Assembly (NCBI GenBank): GCA_002415345.1
Contig: DHXV01000001.1
Coordinates: 484,111-548,110 of the forward strand
DNA from: Patescibacteria group bacterium UBA5147
GTDB lineage: Bacteria > Patescibacteriota > Saccharimonadia > UBA4664
Direction of reading: 5' to 3'
Length of the DNA stretch: 64,000 bases
In this document: in pieces, positions 56,131 to 64,000 of the stretch
Layout: every line of letters starts with the position of its first letter
How positions within the stretch are numbered: position 1 is the stretch's first letter
The notes under the pieces: model-generated
Told to the model about the DNA's origin: nothing
What the model saw: only the letters and a program-made list of their open reading frames with translations
Databases searched by the model: none
Position numbers and translations under genes: made by a program

Positions 56131-59010
56131 ATGAGGGTTTCCACGTCTTGGATTAAAGAATGGCTATGTCGCACAATGTCTGATAAAGATATTGTTCAGG
56201 CAATGGAGCAGGCCGGTATCGAAGTTGAACAATATATTGCGTCAACGCAGCTAGACAAAAAAGTTGTTGTAGGGCTGGTTAAAAAAGTTATTCAACATCC
56301 CGGAGCGGATAGGCTGCATATCGTTGACGTCACGACCGGCGAGACTGAACTATCGATAGTCTGCGGTGCGCCGAATGTTCGAGCAGGTTTGAAAGTGGCG
56401 GTCGCCCAGGTTGGGTCCACTCTTCCGGACGGTACGGTAATTAAAAAGTCCAAACTGAGAGGCGAGGTGAGTGAGGGGATGCTTTGCAGCGCCAGCGAGC
56501 TGGGATTGGGCAACGATCACGACGGCTTGATTGAGCTCGACGAGGAAGCGGGACTCGGGACATCATTGTGCGACATGTACGAAAACCACGGCATCGTGGA
56601 CGTGAAGACGGCTGCCAACCGGTCTGATTTGCAGTCGGTTGTCGGTTTGAGCCGCGAAGTCGCGGCAATCGCCAATATCGATCTAAAGGATATGGTGGAA
56701 GCGGCAGAATCTAAAGGCAGTGGCCCGGCCGTCGAGATTGAGGCCTCCCCCTCTTTGGTCAGCCAGTTGGTGTTGGCAGAGTTTAAGCTGGGGGCGTCCG
56801 GTAAGATTGACCCCAAGTTGCTACAACTTATGGCCGAGCGTTTGCGGGCTAGCGGGATACGTCCGATTTCCCCTGTCGTTGACGTGACGAATTACGTCAT
56901 GCTGGAGTACGGCCAGCCATTGCACGCTTATGATGCGGATAAGGTTACTTTGCCGCTGGGCTCAAGGCTCGCCAAGGCCGGCGAAACCCTGGTGACACTT
57001 GATGGCGTAAAGTGTGTCTTAACCGTCGATGATCTGGTAATAACCGATAAGACCGGCGTAATCGGCCTGGCGGGAGTCATGGGCGGCGCCCAAACCGAAA
57101 TTACGGCCGGCACGAACCGGATATATCTGGAAGCGGCAACTTTTGACGGCGGTCGAATAAGGAAGACCGCTAAACGGTTCGGGCTCAGAAGCGAGGCCAG
57201 CGCCAGGTTTGAACGCGGGCTTCCGGTGCAGTTGGCTCCGCTGGGCTTGGCTCGGGCGGCTGAGCTGTTGAACCGTGCGGCCGGGGCCGAACTCCAGGGC
57301 GGCGTTACTGATGTGCTGAGGATTTGGCCGTGGACGCAACGAATCGGCTTGAAGATACCGGTACTCAATCAGCTGTTGGGCTACGAGCTGACCGCCAAAG
57401 AAGCCTGCCAGGCTCTGTCCCGGTTTGGCATTTCGGCAGTACCCTTTGACATCGCCCGTGAGGCGCGGAGCCACTTGGGAAAGCCCTACGTCTGGGGCGC
57501 ATCATTTAAGAAGAACGGCACAAACGACTTTGATTGCAGTTATTTTACCGACTACCTCTATTCTCTTATCGGCCTGCGTATCGGTTATACTTCGTTGGCT
57601 CAATTCGAAATTGGAACGCCGGTTGAGGTGGATGATCTGAAGCCCGGTGATATTTTGTTCTACAATGGTCATCACGACCATGTATCCAAAGATTATGGCT
57701 TGTCAGAGGTACAAAACGGCGATCAGCACCACTCGATCGAGGGTTATTACTTCCTGTGGAGCGACGCCGACAACAAGTACGTCAGGGTGGAAAGCAAGCT
57801 CGGCCAACATGTCGGGCATAACGGTTTGTACGTGGGCGACGGACGCGTGGTGCATGCCGTGAAAATGGAGGCTGACGGCGAGACATGGCGGGAGCGCGAG
57901 GCAACCGGTGTCGTTGAAGAAGACGTTGAAACCTTCACGAAAAATGCCGGCTTCCTAGGAGCCCGCCGCTTTGATGACAATCTTGATACATATGTCTCAG
58001 TCGCCGCAGTTCCCTGGTGGCGGACCGATCTGAAGCTGGCCGTGGACTTGGTAGAGGAGATTGTCCGGGTCCTTGGGTATGACCGGGTGCCATCAACGAT
58101 CCCGGTTTGGCGTCCTACTACCCTGAAGTTTGACAAGACCCACCGACTCAACAGCCGTGTTAAGAATCTGCTCAGCGGCGCCGGATTGTTTGAAATTATG
58201 ACATATTCGTTCGTGGGCGAAGACCAGCTGGCAGCGGTTGGTTTGAAGCCCGAAAATCACTTGAAGCTGCAGAACCCGCTGTCGAGCGAGCAGGCGTTCT
58301 TGCGCACTTCGTTGCTGCCGAGTCACCTGCAGGTATTGGTCCGCAATCGCACCTATGCCAAAGCCATTGGCTTTTACGAATTGAGCAAGGTGTTTGTTCC
58401 GGTCGAGGGCGACGGACAACCCGACGAGCCCCTACGGCTGGCGATCTTGGTCGCCCGCCCCCAAGACTCGTACCGTCATCTCAAAGGCCTGCTGGACGCA
58501 CTGAATTTGGAATTTAACGTAGCATTTGCGCTCACCCCCGTTGACGAACCCAATGCTTTTGCCCCCGGGCGTGTCGCTCAAATCAGCTTGGCAAAGAAGG
58601 TCATCGGCACCGTCGGGCAGCTTAATCCGGCCCTTCTGAGAGCCAACAAAATAGGCGGCGAAGCCGCCTATTTGGAACTCGATATCGAGCCGATTCTGGC
58701 GGCGGCTGCCCCTAAGAAGTTCGCCGGCCTCAACCGCTTCCCCGGTACGAGCCGTGACATTTCTTTTGTTGCCGGCAGCGATGTCAGCTGGTCGGAGGTA
58801 TTGGCAGCGCTCAAAGGTTTGCATCATGCAACCGTCACTTACGTGGGTGAATATGCCGGAGCAAACGTGCCCGTTGGAAATCGTAGCCTGAGCTTGCGTC
58901 TGACTCTGAGCTATCCCGACCGTACGCCAACCGAGGAAGAGGCCGGGCGGATGGAAGCTCAAGCCTGGTCCGTGTTGGAACGAAAATTCGGTATCAAGCC
59001 TAACCTGTGA
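56131..59010 (+). CDS. pheT: Phenylalanine--tRNA ligase beta subunit carrying an NlpC/P60-like domain insertion (about 57451-57975) inside the B5 region
   Basis: N-terminal MRVSTSWIKEWL, tRNA-binding OB (EGMLCSASELGL), B5 halves (SRFGISAVPFD ... AAVPWWRTDLKLAVDLVEEIVRVLGYDRVP), and a C-terminal FDX-ACB. The insert has GKPYVWGA...FDCSYF...PGDILFY...HVGHNGLYVGDGRVVHA. Confidence 0.85.
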   Translation: MRVSTSWIKEWLCRTMSDKDIVQAMEQAGIEVEQYIASTQLDKKVVVGLVKKVIQHPGADRLHIVDVTTGETELSIVCGAPNVRAGLKVAVAQVGSTLPDGTVIKKSKLRGEVSEGMLCSASELGLGNDHDGLIELDEEAGLGTSLCDMYENHGIVDVKTAANRSDLQSVVGLSREVAAIANIDLKDMVEAAESKGSGPAVEIEASPSLVSQLVLAEFKLGASGKIDPKLLQLMAERLRASGIRPISPVVDVTNYVMLEYGQPLHAYDADKVTLPLGSRLAKAGETLVTLDGVKCVLTVDDLVITDKTGVIGLAGVMGGAQTEITAGTNRIYLEAATFDGGRIRKTAKRFGLRSEASARFERGLPVQLAPLGLARAAELLNRAAGAELQGGVTDVLRIWPWTQRIGLKIPVLNQLLGYELTAKEACQALSRFGISAVPFDIAREARSHLGKPYVWGASFKKNGTNDFDCSYFTDYLYSLIGLRIGYTSLAQFEIGTPVEVDDLKPGDILFYNGHHDHVSKDYGLSEVQNGDQHHSIEGYYFLWSDADNKYVRVESKLGQHVGHNGLYVGDGRVVHAVKMEADGETWREREATGVVEEDVETFTKNAGFLGARRFDDNLDTYVSVAAVPWWRTDLKLAVDLVEEIVRVLGYDRVPSTIPVWRPTTLKFDKTHRLNSRVKNLLSGAGLFEIMTYSFVGEDQLAAVGLKPENHLKLQNPLSSEQAFLRTSLLPSHLQVLVRNRTYAKAIGFYELSKVFVPVEGDGQPDEPLRLAILVARPQDSYRHLKGLLDALNLEFNVAFALTPVDEPNAFAPGRVAQISLAKKVIGTVGQLNPALLRANKIGGEAAYLELDIEPILAAAAPKKFAGLNRFPGTSRDISFVAGSDVSWSEVLAALKGLHHATVTYVGEYAGANVPVGNRSLSLRLTLSYPDRTPTEEEAGRMEAQAWSVLERKFGIKPNL

Positions 59011-59072
59011 GCTTGGGCCAGCAAGGCAAAACCAGCTATTTTATGTAAAGCATTAGCGGTATAATAGTCCAC

Positions 59073-60509
59073 ATGGTAGGAGTTACAAACCTAAGCGTCT
59101 TCCGAACCGGCATCTGGGCGTCGGTTGGTCGCGGCGTGGTATTCATTGCCGGGATCGGCACGGTGATAGTGCTAGGTGCTCAGCTGGTCCTGCAAGGATA
59201 TTACGCGGACAAGATACTGCCGGGGGTTACAGTCGCCGGGAAAGACATCGGGTCCCTGACTTTGGCTCAGGCACGCGAAAAAATCACCGGAATTACTCGC
59301 AACTATACGCTGAAGCTAAGCATCGACGATAAGCAGTTTTCCGCAACGCCAGCCGATATCGGATTAAAATATTCTGTTGAAACAACCATCAAGACGGCCT
59401 ACGATGCCCGCCGTGATCTACTGCTTCCTACCCCTGAAGCCCGCCTGCCTTTGACTTATTCCTTAGATAATAACCGGCTTAAATCTTACGTGGCATCGAT
59501 TGCGGCCCGTATCGGCACCGAGGCAACCGACGCGACCCTGGTCGTCAAAGGCACGGACGTCCAAGTAGTACCCGACAAGGATGGATGGTCGATTGATCCG
59601 GTACGTCTGGCCGGGCTGATCAGGGCGGATGCATCCGTGCCTTCGGCGACCGCCGTGAGGCTTGCTGCGACCCAGCAGCCGGCCCGCATCCTGGCCTCAA
59701 GCGTTACCCCAGCTATTGAGCAGGCCAACCACTTTATGGCCGTACCTATAACGCTGACCTATCAGGACCGGGCTTTCGTGCCGTCGGCCGCGGAAATAGG
59801 CAGTTGGCTCACTTTCAACGGACGGGTCGAGGGTGACAAATCGAGGCTGGTGGCCGGTGTGGATATCGCCAAGATTCGCGGCTATGTCCAACTGGTGGCG
59901 GGCAAGGTTAACGTGCCGCCGGTCGACAAGAAAATAATCATCGAAAACGGCGTCACACGAGTGGAGCGTGAAGGCACCGACGGTATGGCAATCGATCAGG
60001 ATCCCGCCGTGGCGGCCGTGCAGCAAGCAGTGACCGATCAACAGCCGCTGGTTTTCCCGGTCACGACGCACGTGGTGCCGTTCAAGACCCTCTCAACTTC
60101 GCTGGTCAGCCTGGACTACGGGCGATACATTGAAATCAACCTGTCTAAGCAGCACCTGTGGGTGTGGCAGGATCATGCCGTAATTTATGACGCGCCGATT
60201 ACCAGCGGTGCGACCGGAGCCGGGTTCCCGACCGTAACCGGGCTGTTCAGCGTCTACTACAAGGCGACCAATACCCATTTGCGCGGGTACGCCTACGGGC
60301 CGCAATACAACTATGACGTCCAGGTGGATTATTGGATGCCCTTTTACTCAGGCTTCGGCATGCACGACGCCAGTTGGCGCAACGGCAATTTCGGCGGTCA
60401 GGATTATTACTACGGCGGCTCCCATGGATGCGTTAATCTTCCCGATGACGCGGCGGCGTTCATCTATAATTGGGTTGAAGTCGGCACGCCGGTCTGGGTG
60501 CATAAATAA
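59073..60509 (+). CDS. L,D-transpeptidase (YkuD domain) with an N-terminal VanW/YoaR-like region
   Basis: C-terminal GGSHGCVNL catalytic motif. N-terminal TM. Confidence 0.8.
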   Translation: MVGVTNLSVFRTGIWASVGRGVVFIAGIGTVIVLGAQLVLQGYYADKILPGVTVAGKDIGSLTLAQAREKITGITRNYTLKLSIDDKQFSATPADIGLKYSVETTIKTAYDARRDLLLPTPEARLPLTYSLDNNRLKSYVASIAARIGTEATDATLVVKGTDVQVVPDKDGWSIDPVRLAGLIRADASVPSATAVRLAATQQPARILASSVTPAIEQANHFMAVPITLTYQDRAFVPSAAEIGSWLTFNGRVEGDKSRLVAGVDIAKIRGYVQLVAGKVNVPPVDKKIIIENGVTRVEREGTDGMAIDQDPAVAAVQQAVTDQQPLVFPVTTHVVPFKTLSTSLVSLDYGRYIEINLSKQHLWVWQDHAVIYDAPITSGATGAGFPTVTGLFSVYYKATNTHLRGYAYGPQYNYDVQVDYWMPFYSGFGMHDASWRNGNFGGQDYYYGGSHGCVNLPDDAAAFIYNWVEVGTPVWVHK

Positions 60510-60565
60510 ACGTTAGCAGTTTTATTACCAAGCTTTGAGCACAAGTGGTATAATTTAAGGTAATT

Positions 60566-60970
60566 ATGAACCCGCAAACCCCCCAATCACCCCAACCAAG
60601 TTCCGAGCAGCTGCCAGTACAGTCTCCCGAGCAGACCGTAACTGCCGCCGGAGTTGAGCTACCGGCTCAAACCGTTCCGGCCGCGGACGGTGCGCCGGCT
60701 GCTTCTTCACCGAAATTGAATGCCAGCGACGTTGCCGCGGCCATCGCTTCCATGCCCGCGCCCAACGCTGCCGTCACCCCGACCTTGCCCCTTCCGGCCA
60801 TCGCGGCGGACGAGGATCTTATCGAGCCGGAGTGGGTTGATAAAACAGAAGAAGTAATAGCCCAAACATCGGGCAATCCGTATGCTGAGGAAGAAGCCAT
60901 TGAGGATTTACAGGTCGATTACCTGCAGAAGAGGTATGGCCACCAGGTAAAGAAGCCGGAAGATAAATAA
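60566..60970 (+). CDS. Hypothetical Pro/Ala/Gln-rich protein (134 aa)
   Basis: Low-complexity N-terminus and an acidic C-terminus. Confidence 0.35.
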   Translation: MNPQTPQSPQPSSEQLPVQSPEQTVTAAGVELPAQTVPAADGAPAASSPKLNASDVAAAIASMPAPNAAVTPTLPLPAIAADEDLIEPEWVDKTEEVIAQTSGNPYAEEEAIEDLQVDYLQKRYGHQVKKPEDK

Positions 60971-60999
60971 ACAAATTCGCGTGGTCGGAGGGTGTTAAA

Positions 61000-63900
61000 G
61001 TGAACGGAATTCTGGTCGTAGTCATGGTCTTCCTGCTGCTTGCAGCGAGTCTCGGCGTGGTCGCGTACCTGGTGTACCAGCGGAAGTTGAGACGTGCCAA
61101 GGCCATTGAGCGCGGCCTGAAAATGGTACCCATCCAAATCCACTTGCCGCCGCCCAGCGCCGATACGGTCGCGGGCAGCCGTGACATCCGCGACGTGATG
61201 CGCGAAAAGACCGCTCAGGCCGAAGTTCTTTATAACCTACTCGCCGGGACTGCCAGCGAAGGCTTTAAGAGTAAGTTTTATGGCCAGCGGCATATCGCTC
61301 TGGAAATCGTGGCCTCCGACGGCCTGGTCCATTTTTACGCGGCAGTGCCAGTGGCGATGGTGAGCGTGGTTGAAAAGTCGATTCAGACCGCCTACCCCGG
61401 TGCCCTGCTCGAGGAGGTTGAGGATCATAATATTTTCAACCAGGAAGGTCGACTGGCCGCCACGATGGGCGGGGAGATTGTCCTGAAAGCCGACAGTTCA
61501 TACCCGATTTCAACTTACGAGGAGCTCGACCGGGATCCCCTGGAAGCAATAATTACGACTCTCTCCAGCATGGGCAAGGACGATGGTGCGGCCATTCAGG
61601 TGATGGTGCGTCCGGCGACGTCCGGTTGGGTGAAGCGCTCGACCAGCCTAGTCGAGCACCTGCGCAAGGGCAAGAGCAAGGGCTTGGGCTTTAATGCCAT
61701 GGACGTCGCGCGCGCGGTCGTTACTCCCCCTACTACCGCCGCCGCGGACGCTGCCAAACAGGCCCCCGGACAATCCCTGACGAACTTGCAGCTAGGTACA
61801 ATCGAACGCATTGAAAACAAGACCAAACAGCCAGGTTTCGAAGTGCTCGTGCGGCTGGTGGTATCGACCCAGACCGTGGCGACGTCGCAGCAGTTGTTGC
61901 GGGATCTGGCCACCGCTTTCGCGCTGTTTGAAGCACCAGGTCTGAACGGGTTTAAATTTTTGCCGGCCATCGACGTTCAAGGGCTGGTAACGGCTTTTAT
62001 CCTGAGGTTTTTCCCCCCCGAGATGCATTCGAGCATTTTAAACAGCGCGGAACTGGCGACTTTGTTCCACTTGCCGGATTCCCAGTTCGTACCCACGGCC
62101 AACGTCGAACGCCAGGCCTCCAAGGAAGTTGACGGTCCGGTCAGCCTGCCATCAAGCGGGCTGCTCTTCGGCTTTAATGAGTTTCGCGGGGTCAAGAAAG
62201 AAATCCGCCTGAGCACCGAAGACCGGCGCCGTCACACCTATGTTTTGGGGCAGACAGGGACGGGTAAGTCGACATTGCTGGAGAATCTGGCCGTCCAGGA
62301 CATGCTCGCTGGCAACGGCTTCGCTTTTATTGACCCTCACGGCGATACCGCCGAGAAGTTGCTCAGTCTGGTGCCCAAGGAACGGGCCGAAGACGTCATT
62401 TATTTTAATCCGGCCGATACCGAGTACCCGTTGGGCCTCAACTTGTTTGAGTTTAACGATCCGGCACAAAAGGACTTCCTGATCCAGGAAACCATCAGCA
62501 TGCTCTATAAGCTGTACGACCCCAACGGTACCGGCGTCATCGGTCCCCGGTTCGAGCAATGGTACCGAAACGCGGCTCTGACGCTGATGAGCGACCCTGC
62601 GGGGGCCACCTTCCTGGAAATTCCCAAGGTCTTTACCGATACTGAGTATCTGAAGCAGAAGTTCCGCTATTTGAAGGACCCGACCGTAATTGATTTCTGG
62701 ACCAAGGAAATGGGCCAGACCAGCGATTATCACAAAAGTGAGATGCTGGGGTATTTCGTGAGCAAGTTCGGCGCCTTCCAGCAGAATGAGATCATGCGCA
62801 ATATCATTGGTCAGACCAAGAGTGCCTTCGACCTACGCGATATCATGGACAATAAGAAAATTCTCATCGTTAACTTGAGTAAGGGCCAGATTGGTGAGCT
62901 CAACTCCAAATTGCTTGGTATGATGTTCGTCATCAAGTTCCAGGCCGCCGCCATGAGCCGGGCCGACATGCCGGAGGCGGACCGTACAGATTTCTCCCTG
63001 TACGTGGATGAGTTTCAAAACTTCTCGACCGACAGTTTCGCCAGCATTCTCAGTGAGGCGCGCAAGTATCGTCTCAACCTCATCGTCGCCAACCAGTTCA
63101 TCGGCCAGCTCACGAACGAGATTCGCGACGCGGTGTTCGGCAACATCGGGACGATTCTCGGCATGCGCATGGGACCAGAGGACGCTGAATTCATGGTCAA
63201 GCAATTCACCCCGATCTTTGACGCCAGAGATCTAGTGAACCTGCCTAATGGTCATGCGGCCATCCGGATGATGCTGGGTGGAGTGCCGAGCCAACCCTTT
63301 ACCATCCGTGGGCTGCCGCCGCTAAGTACGACTAATCCCGAATTGGGGCTGGCTATCAAGCAATTGAGCGCGGCCAAATTCGGTGCCTCGAAGGCGGTTA
63401 TAGAGGCTGATATCACCGCCCGACTGTCGGGCCGCATGGCATCCGTTGCGCCGCCTGCCCCTGTGGAACCGGCGCCCGCCACGGTCGCGATTCCAGTCAC
63501 TCTGCCGACTGATCCGGTTAACGTCTCGGCTCCGGCGGTCACCCCTGCGGTTATGTCTCAGCCGTCCGCCCCGGCTCCTGCACCCGCGGTAGAAGTCCCG
63601 ATGCCGACTGAGCCTCAGCAGGTTGCCCCCGCCGCCGCGTTTATCACGAGCCCGCCACCCATTGGCGCACCCCCGGTCGATGGGCTTTCGGCCCCGGCGC
63701 CGGTTGAGCAGATTGCACCTCAGGCCGCGCCCCCCATGGTACCGGTCGCACCTATTATCCCCGAACCTACCGATGAGCCCATGTCTCGAGCGGACGTACA
63801 GCCGGCGGCGGCATCCGAGCCGGGCGGCCTTTCAATTACCGACATTACGGGTGGGCGTAAGCTCCCGACCGCTCCGGCCTCTCCGCCCGCGGTAGGTATC

Positions 63901-64000
63901 CCGCCTATCGGTGCCCCTCCCATTGATCTGCCCTTTGCTCCGTCACCGGTGCTATCGGTCAATGAAGCTCCTGGGCAACAGTTACAAGCTCCGGCAACTG
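61000..64000 (+). CDS. Membrane-anchored P-loop ATPase of the type IV coupling protein (VirD4/TraD/TraG-D_C-like) family with a long Pro/Ala-rich C-terminal tail; 3' end outside window
   Basis: Hand translation gives an uninterrupted frame from GTG 61000 (GGAGGG RBS) to the window end. It is absent from the ORF track because there is no stop. N-terminal TM, Walker A GQTGTGKST, Walker B LYVDEFQNF, and an LIVANQFIGQL TraG-D_C-like motif. Confidence 0.6.
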   Translation, partial: MNGILVVVMVFLLLAASLGVVAYLVYQRKLRRAKAIERGLKMVPIQIHLPPPSADTVAGSRDIRDVMREKTAQAEVLYNLLAGTASEGFKSKFYGQRHIALEIVASDGLVHFYAAVPVAMVSVVEKSIQTAYPGALLEEVEDHNIFNQEGRLAATMGGEIVLKADSSYPISTYEELDRDPLEAIITTLSSMGKDDGAAIQVMVRPATSGWVKRSTSLVEHLRKGKSKGLGFNAMDVARAVVTPPTTAAADAAKQAPGQSLTNLQLGTIERIENKTKQPGFEVLVRLVVSTQTVATSQQLLRDLATAFALFEAPGLNGFKFLPAIDVQGLVTAFILRFFPPEMHSSILNSAELATLFHLPDSQFVPTANVERQASKEVDGPVSLPSSGLLFGFNEFRGVKKEIRLSTEDRRRHTYVLGQTGTGKSTLLENLAVQDMLAGNGFAFIDPHGDTAEKLLSLVPKERAEDVIYFNPADTEYPLGLNLFEFNDPAQKDFLIQETISMLYKLYDPNGTGVIGPRFEQWYRNAALTLMSDPAGATFLEIPKVFTDTEYLKQKFRYLKDPTVIDFWTKEMGQTSDYHKSEMLGYFVSKFGAFQQNEIMRNIIGQTKSAFDLRDIMDNKKILIVNLSKGQIGELNSKLLGMMFVIKFQAAAMSRADMPEADRTDFSLYVDEFQNFSTDSFASILSEARKYRLNLIVANQFIGQLTNEIRDAVFGNIGTILGMRMGPEDAEFMVKQFTPIFDARDLVNLPNGHAAIRMMLGGVPSQPFTIRGLPPLSTTNPELGLAIKQLSAAKFGASKAVIEADITARLSGRMASVAPPAPVEPAPATVAIPVTLPTDPVNVSAPAVTPAVMSQPSAPAPAPAVEVPMPTEPQQVAPAAAFITSPPPIGAPPVDGLSAPAPVEQIAPQAAPPMVPVAPIIPEPTDEPMSRADVQPAAASEPGGLSITDITGGRKLPTAPASPPAVGIPPIGAPPIDLPFAPSPVLSVNEAPGQQLQAPAT

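Noticed and set aside
57451-57975. Intein in pheT
   Set aside because: The insert lacks an N-terminal Cys/Ser and a C-terminal His-Asn followed by a Cys/Ser/Thr junction. Its motifs are those of an NlpC/P60 papain-like domain instead.
1-64000. CRISPR array or other short regular repeats
   Set aside because: No regularly spaced direct repeats of 25-40 bp were seen. The only repeats are the ssrA 3' duplication, the (TPKPKV)n coding repeats and the low-complexity Pro/Ala tail of the last gene.

Overview
This looks like a 64 kb chromosomal window from a small-genome bacterium of roughly 55% GC. It has Gram-positive-like envelope genes: an LCP ligase, L,D-transpeptidase, CHAP amidase, class A PBP, a GT39 mannosyltransferase, several GT4 enzymes and a WbaP-like priming sugar transferase. 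It also has a PilB/GspE ATPase and a large VirD4/TraD-like ATPase. A Patescibacteria/CPR-like affiliation is my guess only.

Housekeeping content includes rpmB, the infC-rpmI-rplT operon, argS, trpS, pheST and smpB. I found four structured RNA genes from the sequence: tRNA-Pro(GGG), tRNA-Pro(CGG), RNase P RNA (hidden under a spurious antisense ORF) and tmRNA/ssrA. The accessory-looking content includes:
- a low-GC islet around tRNA-Pro(GGG) with an overlapping RHH-like/160-aa two-gene module, a MazG-like gene and a 306-aa orphan;
- a trehalase / GH13 / ROK-kinase sugar operon;
- many small secreted or hypothetical proteins.

The most unusual observations are:
1. An NlpC/P60 cysteine-peptidase-like domain inserted inside the B5 region of PheT.
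2. A second, partial copy of the ssrA 3' end about 840 bp downstream of tmRNA, bracketing two tiny ORFs, which looks like an integration/excision footprint.
3. Two long ORF-poor stretches with their own promoter/terminator signals (15.44-16.03 kb and 53.76-54.59 kb) that are candidate ncRNAs.
4. A recurring promoter architecture where a TANNNT -10 box sits 5-7 nt before the start codon. This implies leaderless mRNAs for many genes, and I used it to refine several starts.
5. A roughly 1000-codon ORF from 61000 to the window end that is missing from the supplied ORF track. It encodes a membrane-anchored P-loop ATPase of the type IV coupling protein family with a Pro/Ala-rich tail.

I found no CRISPR array, no rRNA and no recognisable transposase or integrase. 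Many six-frame ORFs, mostly antisense within real genes at this GC content, are spurious and are not listed.
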